64,000 nt of DNA from NCBI GenBank assembly GCA_046563655.1, contig CM102286.1, positions 558,001 through 622,000 of the forward strand, given 5' to 3'. Source of the DNA: Yuukianura sp. NJ FZ-2021 (taxonomy: Eukaryota). Below are positions 10,806 to 25,358 of the stretch, piece after piece. The notes beneath the pieces are model-generated. The model did not search any database, was not told where the DNA came from, and saw nothing but the letters and a program-made list of their open reading frames with translations. The stretch's first letter is position 1. Each line of letters opens with the position of its first letter. A program made the position numbers and the translations under genes.

Positions 10806-13800
10806 TTCACTTATAAAGCTGCAAGACCTTCACGGCTTAGGCGGTTCGCTGTAGTCAAAAGAGCAAAAAAAAAAGAGTCAAAATTCAAAGTACAAAAAAG
10901 TTTGAAAATTCGAAATCCATTATGTTATGAATATGCATGATTGTTAGGTTTGTAGTTGGAGCGAGTACTTGAATCTTGACACTTTTGGGCATAAGTTATG
11001 GTTCATTAAACGTTTGCTTGTCAAGAGATTCAATCACTGACGCATTGTGGTTAGTGCAGAGGGAAATTCAAACCACAACACAAAAGAGACGCACTCCACT
11101 TTCTTCCATTTTCGGAAATCAGATTATAAAAAACCAGCAGCTTAAGCGTTTGTAAGTTTCAAAGTTCCAGACTGACAGCCACTGTCGGTAGAAACTTGGA
11201 AAAGGGCGGCTCATTTCAACTTTTAAAAATCTGTCAATCAAAACATAAAGTTTCAAGTCCATGACACTGCATTCAATACAGCTAATCTCCTCCCTTACAA
11301 ATCACATCTCCAACATACAATTTCAAGTGAGGTACTTTTTTCCATTACCATTTTCAAAAACCCACATAATCAATCTGTTCAAAATTCTCAGAATTTAAAA
11401 TTCAAAACTCAAAATTTCGTTTTTCTAAGAATACATGCAAACCCTAAAATGTAAAACAAACAAAATGTTTCCTGTCAGTTTCCACTTTGAAATTGAATTG
11501 GCAAAGGAAAAACTTAATTAAAGTTGCCAACAGTTGGAACATGAAACGGGCGGAGATCAACGTTCTAACTTCAAAGTAACACTTGAATTTCAAAAAGTCG
11601 CGGGATTTTCAAAATTAAATACACAAACTGTTTAGTCTAGCTCCAACTTTCAAAATTCAATCAACTTGCTAAAAATCAAGCAGAAATCAAGTAGAGTTTT
11701 CATTTTACAGTTTACAAAATACTTTTTCCCGAGAAAATGTGTCAAAATCGTTTCGATTTTAAAATAATCTAACATTTTCTGACTTTCGTTTTTTTGAAGT
11801 TTGGAATTAAAAAATGTGCCAAAATGAAAAGAAGTAGAGCAGAAGCTCATCAGGATGGTTGCCAAAAATGATCAACGTTGTTTTCATGGAAATGTTATTT
11901 GGAACTTCCGAAATCAAATTGATCTTTGCCAGTTGGCTGAATTTTAATTTCCACTTCCACCATACCCTGTCGACTCCAATTTAAATTTTCAAATTTAACT
12001 TGCGTAATTTTGTATTCTTGGAAAGTAACAACTTTGTTGAATTCATTCAACAGAGTTTCTGAAATGATTTACTGTCTCTGTCGATCTTGTGCATTAAATC
12101 TTTCTCATCTCAATCTTTTTTTTCTTTAGTATGTTCAAAGTATAACCAGAATTTTAATTGCTTCATTTCCAAATTTTTCCGCCTCCAGAGCTTAACATTC
12201 ATTTTAAAAAAATTCATGCAAGATTTGCCTTTGAAGCAAACTTTTGGAACGAAGTGATAACCTAACTCAGAAATTGATTCATGCCGCTCTGTGTGGCATT
12301 CTACTAAATTTTAAATTTTCAAAATCTCCCGCACTCTTCGTTTTAACTGCTTAAAAATCCACACAAACATGAGATTACCAAATACCACTCTGAGATTGGA
12401 CGAGAGCCAATCGCACGCTTTTTTTTAAAGTGTAGATTTATTACAGTCCAACTATTTACGAAAAGAACAAACAAGGTAATAATTATTATTACTGTAAAAT
12501 TCACAGCGTGATTCCATGTTTTTTAAGATGCTGAGACATAAGACACTCAAGGAAATTTAAATTTTGAAAAATTGAGCGCCAAGGTTTGAATTCCAATTGA
12601 AATTGAGAGGGTTTGGACATGGTGTAATTTATTTCCAGGGCTTGTTATTTGCATCGTGTCAATAAAAGTGACAGAGGAAATTCGTCACGATTGAAAACGA
12701 AAAAACGAAAGTCGCAATTGGCAAACAAACGAAAAGAAAACACATTTGTCATTCACTAAAACTCTGTTTTATCATTCAAGTTAAAAAAAAAGTAAGTTGA
12801 AAAGATTTTGAAACAATGCAAAAGTGGAGAATTAGAATTTTCGAAATTTGGTTTCATGAAAATGTAAAAACTTTGTGAAGGGCGTGTGAAGTGTTCAAAA
12901 TCGAATTCGTTTCAGATGCTTAACCAAAACCACGTTCCACTCCTGGTTCAAAATCTGACAAATCTGGGTTCTGGACGAACAAAAATGAATGAAAGTCCCA
13001 AAAGAAACAAAAAATTTTGAAAACTTTTTTTTGAAAAGTACCACCATGTGAAGTTGTTTAGTTCCACCAGATTTGGACGGTTCATGCTTCTGTCTACCCG
13101 GGAAATTAGGGCCATTACGAATTGATTAAGCAGAGGAAATGAAGTTAGGCCTAACTGAGCAGAACTAATAAGCTGTTGATGAAAAGAACTCTTGTTCAAA
13201 AATTATTCACTTTTCAAAAAAAAATTACTTGTTCATAAAAATTTCAATTTCCATTTCCTCTGACTTTTCCAGGTAAAGTCATTGACTTTCTATTCATTTT
13301 TTACTCTCTCTTTTATGTCTAAGTTTCCATTTTTTCTCCACATCAAAATCGTGATTTCCCTTAATAAAACGAAATTCAAAACGAGCAATAAAATGGAAAT
13401 CCAAACACTAAATTTTTTGTCCAGTTTTTCTACTTTTTGTATAATTCGCCCATTTTGCTTATGACTCTAAGCGTCGAATAGCCTATACTAAAATCCATTT
13501 TTCCAAATTCATTACTCTGTTGAGTAAATAGAGAAAATGGGTGGAGATGAATAGAAATTAGGGAAGTAGAAAAGCAAACAGTCGGAGGAAAAGGAAAACC
13601 AAATAAGACACAAAGTAAAAAGAGAAAAAAAGAAAATCGTTAGAGCACCAAACATCAAAAAACTTTTTCTTTCCCACCGAACGCCTTTATGGTTCATTTC
13701 TGTTATTCTTGGCACAGAAAAACTTTTCAAATAATTATGGCTTCAGCCCTCGGCCTCTTAAATTTTAGCGCCAAACAAAAACGGATAAGAAAATCTACCA

Positions 13801-16800
13801 ACTTGGAATGTCAGTGAACACGAAACGCCAAAAACTTCAGTTCGACTCTGGTTTTTTGCTGAAATTCAGAATTTCTGAACAACTAAAACTTCAAAATCCA
13901 GATTTTAAAGTTTCCATTGTTCCAGAAATTCAAATTTTGAAATGCTAAACAAAAAGTTGACCTGTGCGAGGTCAAAGGTCACCGGAGGGAATGCAGTGTT
14001 GAATGTTGAAGTGGATTTAATTATGTGCCCAAGCACTAATTAGTCCAGACGAAGGCGGAAACGTATAATTATCACCCTCTAAACCCACAAACCAAAACAT
14101 ACTTTTGTATTCACATTTTGTATGCATGTGTGCACTGTGCTCCAAAAGCACAACTTTTTGTGCAGCACAATGCACAATTTGTGCACTTTGTAGACAAAAG
14201 CTTAGTTTCTGACTATAACCTAACCTGGTTTTCAGCCCTTCCGGATATTTTTGGCTTCTCCGAACTAATCTTCGGAGTTGAAAAAAAGTTTTAATGGGAA
14301 ACAGTACACCATGCTTAATTTACACGATTCTACTCCCAGCACTTCACTGGAATGTTAAGCACTTTCCAAATCTCAGAAACAAAATAATTTAAAGTGGAAC
14401 TTTTCAACTTTTTCACTTTTCGTTTTCATGTTTTCAGTTTTCACCCGCATGTTTTCCGAAAAATTACAACGCGTACTACAAAACCACAACATCCCAAACA
14501 AAACTCAGCAGCAACTGTGAATAGTTTTAAATTTTTCAGTTTTTTGAATTCAGTTCCGGAAGTAATTTGGCAGAACTGAATTTTGATTTCGTTTCATTTC
14601 CTTTTCTCTTGGTCTAATTTTAAGTCTTTGTTTCATTAACAAACGGTGTGTATTTAAAGATTTCCTTTTCGGAGTAATCCGAAATCCCAACAGTTTGGAA
14701 ATTTCGGAAGTTGTAAACTACTACTGCTGTTTCTGTTTTGTGCCATATGCGTAGCTGTTAATATTTGAAACGGATGAAACTTTCCCGCATTTCCTCACCC
14801 GCAGCTTTCCCTTATCTCCACACTCTGTCACATTCCCTTTGTTAAATTTGAATTCGGTTGACAGGAGGGGCAGAGTAACAATCACATCGCAATTGCAACA
14901 CTCGATTCTAATGCAAATCAAAATACACAGTAGTTACTCCCTCCACAAAAAATGTTTACTTCAACCGGCAAATGAGAAAGAAAAAAATTTACATTCTTTT
15001 TCAAATTTCTGCCTTACTTCAACCAAATTTTCCTTGCTTTTCTGTTCCCGGAGAGGAGAATAGTTAGATTTAGGAATTTGGAGGGAATTTTTCTCTCAAA
15101 ATTTTGCTTGTAAATCTAAAAAGTGACTTTGTGGCTGTGGTCAAAATCGGATTTGAAAAGTGAAAAGCTGTAATGAAAATGTGTGCTTGGGGCGATGTGA
15201 GAAAGTGATTACTTCTGCATCACCACAAACCTGGCAGGATTATGCACCACAGTAGGATTACGGAGCACTTTCAATCAACCCATTGTTTGCAAATCCCACA
15301 AGAATTAATTCATACACATCCAGAACCAATTATCTTAAAAGCACAAAAACAAAACTTTCATCTTCAAAATAAACTGACGGAAAAATAATTACTTCATACA
15401 CTAAAAGGCGGGAACCGGTTTACAGAGGCAAAATTTTAAAAAGAGAAGCAAAGAGAGATTTTTTAAGAAAAAGCAAAAAGAAAAGAAATTATCAGTAAGA
15501 AGCAAAAACAAAGCAAATTTTTGCAGTAAGGAGCAAAAACAAGTCATTTTACAGTAAGAACTCAAAACAATGAGAAAATGCAGAAGAACAACACCAAACA
15601 TTTGGAAAACTTTTTCGAAATTTTTCTCTTTTGTCTTTTTTTTTACTGCTCCATATAGACAGCTTTGGCTTTTGTGAAGACAGAAAAAGCTTTTTTTGGC
15701 ACATCCTTGTTAAAAATGCAGTTGTAGCACGTCTGAGAGTGTCTAAACTGCCGAGAGGAGACTTTTGAACTTGTAGAATTCAAAATTGAAAATGGATCTC
15801 ATTTCGCGCCAAGTCATGATGTGTGCATAACCCTTTGGAGATGTGTCATCTGCTGGTCTGGAGATGATGATAAGCTGGAAGTTGAAAGATAAATGTCCAG
15901 GTCATTTGAACTGTCGTCTGGAACTTAAGTTTTGAAAACTCCCTCCACTTTCCCTTTTGTTTCATTTGAGTGCTGAGACACATAAATTCTCAACTCCACC
16001 AGATTACAACTTTTGTTGGTCGTTAACTATCACGCGACAAGAGACAATTCTGAACAGCTCAAATTTAAAATTTACTACAATTCTCACGACTCTTCTCACG
16101 CATTTCAAAATAAAATTGCACACTCAAAAACGTTGACCTCCAGTTTTTGAAAAGTATTGACTGACAAATTTTGTAAATTTTTGAAATTGTCATTTTTTAA
16201 AAATAAGTTTCAACAAACGCAAAGTTTGTTTTAGCGTTGTCGCTGTACGCTTCACTGCGACGTAATTGTGGCGTCGTAAATTACTATGAAGGAGCCCTTC
16301 AAAAAAACCTACAAGCTGAAAAATAAATTTTAGGTTAGGCAGCCTTTGTTACAAAACGAGAACTATTTCAAAGACATTTGAAAAGTTAAGGGCCCAGGCA
16401 CGGTCAAAAAGAAGGGGTCCCTTGAAGGGCTCTGAGTTACGACGTTTTGAAAGATGGAGGGGCCCTTTGTTGTGAAATGTTACTTTTGAATATGTTAGTC
16501 TCGCAGTTAACCTGCTCCCTCCCTAACTTCAAATTTTACAGACCTCCAGCAGATTCCACGAAGCTTTTGTTAGACCAGTGGGCCCTTAAGGCTCCTGGGG
16601 CCCTTCATCGCCCCGGCCCTTCCAAAAACTCAATCTTCGCTGTTGGCAGTCTCATTTGAATCTTCCGAGAAAACATCTCAATCGTTTTGAACGTTCAAAA
16701 TCTTTCAAAAGTCAAAGATCAAGGAACAAAAAGTTAAAAGGTTTTCTTGAAAGCTTTTTCAAAACGAAGTCTTCATTCTTTTGATTTTTTTAGCGGGCGT

Positions 16801-19800
16801 ACTTTTCAAAATTGCAATTCTTTTTTTAAGAAAATCGATTTTGACAAAGTTGTGGAAAATGTAAATTTTGGAAATGTAAAAAACGACAGCAGGGCGGGAG
16901 TTTGTCATGGTCCAGTGCCTTAGAAAGCACCTTAAGATAATTGGATTCTTGGCGGGATTCACGCCCTTATGTCACTTTTTTCAAAATTGAACATCATTAT
17001 TCAGGGGCCCTTGAAGGGGTCTCCCTCATCACTGGAGGGAGTAACTATTTGACCCCGGGAAAAGTCAAACAAAAGCCCTTCAGTTTTTAATGGTTTTTCT
17101 ACAGTATTTACACTTTCCTGCATTCAAGTTTCCTCTTGCTTTCGTTATGACTCAATGAACTTCTACTTTTAAAAATTTTATTGTCACGCTTCTTCGCGCC
17201 TCTTTTACATCTGCTCATCTCTGAAAAGTTCAAAAAAATTAATGTTCAATTTTTTGAATTTTTTTTTTCACTTTGGATTCACAAACTACTGCTTTGGCTT
17301 CTGAACTTTTTAAAACCTTATGAACCTACTGAAACGCGAAACGCATCAAACCATTTTCCGTTCACGCCAGCAGCCTGCAGGACATTAGTTTTGACAGGTT
17401 TCAAAAGAATTTCAATTTTTTTGAGCTTTCAAAACTAAAAAGCTGTTTCGGCTGTTTACTTGTCAACGGAAATGAGGTTTGTGGCAAAGGTGACAGATTT
17501 AGGAGCCGCATGCGCAGAAACGTTCTGCAGAAAAGGAAAAAATCGAAGGTGAAAGCAGGTCAACCAGTGTCAAGAAATACAATTTTTTTAAAACAAGATT
17601 AAAGAAGTGTTTTTTCAAATTTCATGTTCAACTTTGCAGAAATTCAGCTTACAAAACTCAGTTCAACTTTTGCATCGTTCAGTAAATCTCGCGTGACGTA
17701 AAGAAAACAACATTTTTCAGTAAAAATTGCCTTTTTATTGCAACTTTGGAACAACAAATTGCTCGTTTTTGCATCTTTTATGGACAGGCAAAACGGCAAA
17801 TTGAAATTTACGATCATTTTGGTACATCAAAGAAAAAATTTTTGCTGTTTGGAATAAATTTGAACTACTTTGTATTTTGTAATGGTTTTGGAGAGTGAAA
17901 GCTGTAATACATAGCATGCTGTTACACTTTGTTACATAGCAAGCAGGTAAAAAGTGTATAAACACCGTTAAGAAAAATTGATTTTTTTTAAAGTTCAAGG
18001 CACGTTTTCATGTTCTCAATTTTCAAAAAGTAACTCTTGCTTGCTGCTGCTTCTAAAGTTTCTTTAACACTGTAATTTATTACACAAGAAACTGAAACTT
18101 CCCGCTGCGATTCCTTGCTGAACTACACTCTGCATTTTGAAAAAACTGACAGATTGTTAACGGCTTTCTTAACTCAATTCAAAAAATAACGACTTCTTAA
18201 AGGACTTTGCAACAGCAGCAACTTTAAACAATTAGCAGGTAAAATCTAAACTTCCAAAGTCATAAAATTACACAAATGTTTGTTCTAAAACGTCATTTTC
18301 AAAAAGTACACCACTCATTTTGCATTGCATGCTTTTTCTTAAAAAAAATCTTGTTTGTAACAATGTAACTTTAGGAGACCTTGTTTGTAAATTTAAGATT
18401 TTCTAATCTTCCGCCATGACCAAAACTGCTCATCATCTTGTTACTAAAGAGCAACTTTTTCAAAAATTACACATTGTATCTGGAGTCATGGAAGACAAAA
18501 AGTTTCAGAGTTTGTTTTAGTAATGACAGGGTGTGAGTAAATTTTAGTTTTTTCAAAAGTTTGTTCAAAAGTTTCTTGTTTAGAAAAGGTGATGTGGATG
18601 CTCAGTTTTATTTTGTGCTGGAGGCTATTTATCTTCGTGTAATTTAAAACTTGTGGAGGTAATAATTTAAAAAAGAGTAAAATTATAACTTTATTTACCT
18701 TGTTTGTCTTGTTTAGAAATTGAAACAAGGGAAAGGCGTGGGATTTAGTTATGGGGGACTTCGGAATGTACCGTAAAACTGCTAATAAACGCCCGGGCAA
18801 AATTCAAAATCTCAATTTCTACCTTCGGCGGAGTTTAAAACATACCCGACACTTGTTAGAAACCAACGTCTATTTGAAGTTTTACGGTAACTTTTTGTAA
18901 CAAGACAGAAAAGTGACTTCGAAGGGTACTTTTAGGCGTGGTCCAAAATATTTTTTGTGTACACAAGTACAACTTCGTTTTGAAAAAAACGAAAACAAGG
19001 AACAAACTGAAAAAAATTTCAACAAAAGATATCTTTAAAAAATTCCATCTTATTTTCTTATGACTTCCAGCAGGAAATTTTTTTGTAAGAAATTTTGAAA
19101 GTTGCCAAGCCAAGCCTCTGCCTAAATTTGGACTAACTCAAATATATCATTTCTGAATCAGGATTCACGTTTCAAATGAGATTTGTTTTTTGAAATTTTT
19201 TCTTTTGAGTTTTTATGAAAGAGTGATTCTGTCTGTTGTAATTGTTGGTGTAATCTGCATGCTGTCATAAGTATGATAAATTGAACCAACCCCGCCCTTC
19301 CCTTTGCATACTAATCCACGCTATAACTCTTTCCATCTCAATCAACTTGAGAAGAAACGTGGTTGTAGAAATGTTGACCTCATGATGACCTCACGAGATC
19401 TCATCATCAGATTCAACACGTTTTGTGCCTCCATATGGACATTGACAACAGGTCACTATGATACCATGACACGCTGGTACATGAACAAACAAAAGATAAG
19501 ACAAACTCGTGTCACGATTTTCAAATTGAGACGTGCTTATTCAAAATTTAAAAGCAGATGCTTCCTCAGAAGCAAACATCTTCATCTCAACATTGACTTT
19601 TCAATTTCAAAATGGACGGCTACCGGCATTCAAAATTTGGCGCCGTGATTTTTTGAATGGAGTGACCTCGGGGGAATTTGGTGTCAATCAGGAGGAAAGT
19701 GCAACACTATGCTCACATCAATCGACTCTCCTAACCTAACACGGGGAAGTCAATCAATCACTTAACTTTCTAAACGTTTAGAAATGAAAGTGCAAAGAAG

Positions 19801-22440
19801 TAAAGTGAATGCAAAAGGTGAAAAAGTTCGTTAAAATTTGTTTTCACTTTTTTTTTTGTGAAAATTTCGAACTTATAATTGTGAATTTTTAGTTTTGGAT
19901 ATTCATTTTTTCCTTGAAAGCATCTGGTTTCTTTCACAGAAGATTATTTTGGCACCCCCAGTGCATGTCCCGGGTAGTTTCGGTTTTTTCCATTCTGGAA
20001 TTCTTAGAAATTGAAAAATAATTTTCATCATAAGCTCTCCCTCTTTTCCCATAAACTTTCTTATTTCATTCCTTTCTAATAATTTTTCACATTTTCACCC
20101 TCCTCTTTTTCTCAAAATTGAATTTGTCTGTTTTGAAATTTCAAAAAATGGACCCGCAGTGATACATTAAGTTTGTGGTTTTTATAGAAAATGCAATTTT
20201 GAATTAGTTTGACACTGTGACGCCTCCACCCAGCCCTTTAATTACTTCCACAATAAAAGACTAAAAAACAGTATTTTAGTTCCGCTGTTTTGGTTGTCAC
20301 AATATATCACCATTTCACTTACAGTGCCACGCGCATGCGTTGGTTTAATTCAAATGCACGATAGTTTTAAAAAAGTTTGGACAAAAATTGTGTAGGACAT
20401 GTTTGAAGTTTTAGAAATGAATGAGTTAGAATTGGATTCGGTTTATGAGCGGGAGAAAATAAACAATTTATTGTGGGCATTGTGGCTAAAGACATGATTT
20501 ATTATTTCCCTGTGCCTGTCAAACGCTTATTCCCCAAACTACTGTTGGTTCAAGTGACTCCACGGTCCACGGTTAGTGACAATACTGTCACAAGTACTTT
20601 CTGATGCTGGCAGCATCCGTCCGGCCCAAATACTGCCAGCACACGTGACCAAACACTCGTCCATTAACAAAGAACTACTCATTTCAAATTATGGCTGCTA
20701 AAAGGATTCACTCCCAGATCATCATTCACCAAAAAAAGAGAAGAAAACTAAACTTAAATTTTCCGTTGGAGTTTTTGATTTTACTGTTCAAAAATTTTTT
20801 CCTCAGATTTTTTTTTGAAATGTGACATTGGTGACAAGCAGTAAGGGTGATGACGTCACTCCGATTTTCATGAAAATTTGTTCAAAATGCAATTAAGTCA
20901 AGTCAAAATGTGAAATTTGGAGGGTTTCTCTCTTGCCACTCATTTTGTAACTAAAAACGTGAAAGCCCACAAGGTCTTTCTCCTTATTTGTCTGATTGAG
21001 ATGGAAAAAGTTGTAACAATTTTGGAACTTCATCCTCTGAGGACACTTCGTGGAAGCCTCCAGAGACACTTTTGCGTGTCAACTGAAAAACTACCCTCTC
21101 TGCGTCCACCGAGATAAAAGGACTCTTGTGATTGCATTCACACTCTCCAATTTCTAAACTTCTCCCTCTACAACACATATGCATCTCCAAAAAACTTAGT
21201 TTTGATGTACAAGAAAGAAGCGAGGGATGAAAATCAAATATTGAGAGCGAGGGGGTGAAAGTTTGAAAAGAGAAAGTGGAGAGGGTGGATTTTCTTTTAG
21301 TGTGGAGGGGGATGGTTTTCTTATCTATTCTCAACCACAGTTCCATCAAAGGAAGAGTATCATCCGAACAGCGGGCTTTTCAAAAAATCCTTTTCTAAAC
21401 AGGAAAAAGTGTTGAAAATGTGGAAAACTCAGCTTAAATCACCCTCTGCCTCATTTCAACCCTCAGCTTTTTCCTCTTCCAAGTTCAAATAAACCTCTTT
21501 TTTTTTAAAGGTTTCCTTGAATCGGAAAAGTTAAACCAAAAACATCCCTCTTTCGTTCAGAATTTTTATTTAAAAAAAAATTATAGAAAGGAAAGTTTAC
21601 TGAACTCAACGTAACTTCTGGTTTGAATTAAATTGCTAAACTACAAAATTGCTTAATTGCAAAATTGCTAAAATGCAAGATTTAAATTTTTGTAATTTTT
21701 AGTGGTGACAGAAGTGCGTAATCTTTTTAGTGCCTTTTGTATTGAAAATTTGTTAGATTTTTTTCTATCTCAACCTTAGTTTTAGTCATGTGATGATGGA
21801 AATTGTGAACTACTAACTTTTGGTACAGTTGACTAGTTTTTGAAAAACGTGACTTTGACCCCAAAAAGCAATTTGTGCTTAAATGAGACTTACTAAACCC
21901 CCCTGTGCTCGTTAACAAGTATCTCAAATGGAAATCATGAACTTTCCCCCCAACTTACGCTTCAAGCGAACTTAATGCATAGACCTTAGGAGGGAAAGTA
22001 AAATTATTTTGACTAAAATCAACTTCTGTTGCATTTTGTATCTTGCAGTGAAAGCAGTTGTTTTAGACGTGGGGAGAAAGTCAAACTGAAATAGAAATTG
22101 AAGTTGTTAGTGTTTAGAGCATGAGTCACTCCTAGGAAAGTGATTTTATCTTACGCAATACACTCCACTTCAGCTGAAGTCTGAAACAAGGTTACCCTAA
22201 TTCTAGAAGTGCCAAAATCCCCAGAGCATTTGACTATACATATATTGGAATTGTCTTCTTAAATCCTCCTTTCATACGGCACAAAAAGCTTCACTTGTTC
22301 ATACAGCACAAAGGGATCCCTAACACAAAAGATTCCCAAATTGGTCTCTGGAGATTTCAAAAGAGTCAAGAGGGTAGCAACACACATATGCCATATAGCC
22401 TCCAGTGCTAAACAAAAAATAACTGAAAATTACTCTAACT

Positions 22441-22655
22441 CAAGGTTCGTAAGCAAGAAAATAGTTTTTTTCTTTAACAGGTTAGGCAATAAGTCCGTTC
22501 AATTTGGTGCAAACTTTTACATTTTTGCACAAAACGAGCGATAAATAACTTTTGGTGGAATTTGGGTGACAAAATAGTTTGCGGAGAGATTTTTTAAGAG
22601 TGGGACTTTTTGCCTAACCTGTTAAACGAAATCTATTGTTGCTATAGACACCTTG
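22441..22655. mobile_element. Degenerate MITE-like inverted-repeat element; related fragment at ~51190-51280
   Basis: TTTAACAGGTTAGGCAATAAGTCC (22473-22496) is inverted at 22603-22626. The CTATAGCAACAA..TAGA..TTAACAG.TTAGGCAATAAGTCCC motif recurs near 51207-51248. Confidence 0.6.
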
Positions 22656-23437
22656 CTCTCATTTAACCTAACAAATTGTATCTAGATGACAAATTTTGAA
22701 AATTTGAAAGTTTGAAATAACACTGAACGATTAAAGTTGTTTCTTTGGACATGTTAGCTTATGTTTTCAACTATGTTAGGCTATGTTTTGAACTATGGTA
22801 GGTTTGTGTTCAAATAGGAAGTGGTTGGTGACATGTGTTGGATTGATTTAGTATTAGAAGAGTTGAAACGTTGCTAAAAGCTTAACTAGGCAGGGATTCC
22901 CAGTTGAGTCAATTAGTTGTAAGAGGAGCTTTTCACGCCTCGACTCACACTGTTACAAATTATCCAGAGAAAACTCCTTTCTCCCGCACTTTCTACAAAA
23001 TACTAAAAGTGTACTGTAGTAGCACAGCGTTAAAAGGAAAAGGATGAAACAGCTTTCGTGCAAACTACTTTTGGTAAATATTGACTCAGCTTCACAGTTA
23101 CTAAAAGCTTCCTCCTGCCTTAGTCTAACCTTCTTCTTCCTGTTTCAAATAATATACTTTTAGGGTTATTCAAACTGCACACTTTAATATAGTTTTTATA
23201 GAAAACGATACAAAAGAAGTATCTTGTTTACTTGTTCAATGTTTCACCTTTCAGTTCAAAATTGAACAGTATCGATTAAAGTTTTAAGAAAAGTGACATT
23301 TTGAACAAGATTCATGATTTTGAACATTATGTCATTTTTCATGTACATTGTTGGTAACTTGCTTGACGCTTGATCAAAGCTAGGTTCGAAGTGTGACTGA
23401 AATGAAACATGTTCTGAAACTTTGCAAAAATCGACTA

Positions 23438-25033
23438 CAGTAGTGGACCAATTTTAGAAACCACGCTATCCCTCTTTCTCCTTTCTCTTTTACCGCCAAT
23501 TTCCAACAAGTGGAGGGAAGGCGGGAGCGGGAAGAGAACTTGTCAACAACACCAACAGTTGATAAATCTCTTCCTTACCTGTAGTTCCGGTGTTCTTTAT
23601 TATTAATTAAGTTAGAGTTAATCGTTAGTTGTACGGCTGTTTTTTGAGAATGCCAAAGTCGAAGTGCCTTACTTTAGAAACGAAACGTACAATCCTATCA
23701 GAGTTAGCAAATACTACAAGAAAAGACATCTGTGCTAAATACTCAATTACAAAATCAACAGTGAGCAAAATAAGCCAACAAGAAAACAAAATTACAGGAT
23801 TCACTGGGAACGCAAAGGTAAATAAAATCCATTAAATTTTACCTAAATTGTAACGGGAGGAAGTTTTCTGGCACTTATGTTTTTGATTGAATGTTGCATT
23901 TGTTTTTTTTTAGATCCGGAAATTTGTTGTTTCTGAGAAAGTGCTGGCTCAAGATGAAGTTTTATTAAAATGGATAGAAGGATTACGAAAACGGGGAATT
24001 CCAGTCTCCGGCGTTTTTATCCAAAACAAGGCTCAACTTCTGTATCCGTCTGATCCGAAAAAATTTTCTAGAGGGTGGCTGCGTCGATTTTTGGCCAGAG
24101 TCAACTACACAAGGAAAAGGATTTGCGGGGAGGAGTTGTCCGTAGATGTCACCAAAATAAATGAATGGAGGAAGTCTATTTTAGCAAAAAAATTGCCACA
24201 ATTTTATCCAGAAGAAATTTGGAACTGCGACGAGTCTGCACTTTTCTACAAAAAGGTTCCCACCATGACATACGACTTAAAAGGTAAATTTTTTTTAAAG
24301 AAAATGTAAATTTGGGCTCATTATCTTCTTTTTTTTACAATTACAATTTAAATTTGAAATTCTGTTTATAACAGGGAAGAAGTGCTTCGGAACAAAAGTT
24401 TCAAAAGAACGGGTGACGTTTTTGACCTGTTGTAGTAGTGATGGTCTTCGAAAGCTCCCACTTCTAATCATCGGCAAGTCAAAACAACCAAGGTGCTTCA
24501 AAAAAACAACAATTACGGGAAACTACATTTATCGTTCAACCAAGAATGCATGGATGACGAAGGTGGTTTTTTCTGAATGGATGACAACTTTGAATACTCA
24601 ACTTCAAACCGAAAACAAAAAAGTGCTGATGCTTCTGGACAATTTTTCTGGACACGTTTTAGAAGAAGAATTTTCGAATATTGAACTACTATTCTTGCCA
24701 CCAAATTCTACAAGTAAAACTCAGCCACTTGACTCAGGTATAATCAACTGCTTGAAACAGAAATATTCTGAGAAAATCGTAAATTATTTAGATAGTGGCA
24801 AAAATTTAAGTGAATTTAGCCTTGCCGACGGTGTGCAAATGATTTGTGAGTCTTGGGACCAAATTGAACCTGCTACGATTGTTAATTGTTTTAAGAAGTG
24901 TCTAAATGCTGATTAAAACCAAATTCAAGTCTACTTACGAGTTTTTCACATTACTGGAAGTTTTACGGTAACCGTGGGAGGAGTGAAATGAGAAGAGCCA
25001 ATCAGAGGAGTTTCTAAAATTGGTCCACTACTG
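23438..25033 (+). mobile_element. pogo/Tigger-family DNA transposon, full length (1596 bp)
   Basis: Perfect 24-bp TIRs CAGTAGTGGACCAATTTTAGAAAC. TA TSD at 23436-37 and 25034-35. Internal transposase gene. Confidence 0.95.
23650..24916 (+). CDS. pogo/Tigger transposase (HTH + CENP-B-type HTH + DDE_1), 359 aa, two introns
   Basis: Exons 23650-23817, 23914-24283 and 24375-24916 join in frame. Motifs FSRGWLRRF, WNCDES, KERVT, NAWMT, LLDNFSGH and QPLDSGII give a DD30D triad. Confidence 0.92.
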
Positions 25034-25358
25034 TAATGTTGAAACATCCGAAAAATAATCACTTATCACAATTTGTGTCAAAACGTTATCAGCGGATGCG
25101 AAAAAGATAATTTGTTGAGTCGTACTCACATTCATGCACATCATGAGTTGCTGTTTTTGTGCTGCAACTTCAACGTAAGTCAAAAGCAATTTTAAAAACT
25201 TACTTTTTTCAGTCAAAAAAAAATTTGAAATCTATTTTCTTTAATTTGCAGACTTTGGGATTCACCAAACCGTATGTGTATTCATTAGTTATGGTATGGT
25301 GTTCAAATAATTTTTTATAAAAGTTTTTTTTTTTTCAAAATTTAGAAAATTTAGAAGT

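Noticed and set aside
20575..20640. AATACTGTCA (miR-8-like seed) with small hairpins
   Set aside because: Only the seed region matches and the stems are too short for a pre-miRNA.
10124..22544. Many 60-120 aa ORFs rich in F/K/L/N
   Set aside because: Composition mirrors AT-rich non-coding DNA. No domains and no consistent exon chains were found.
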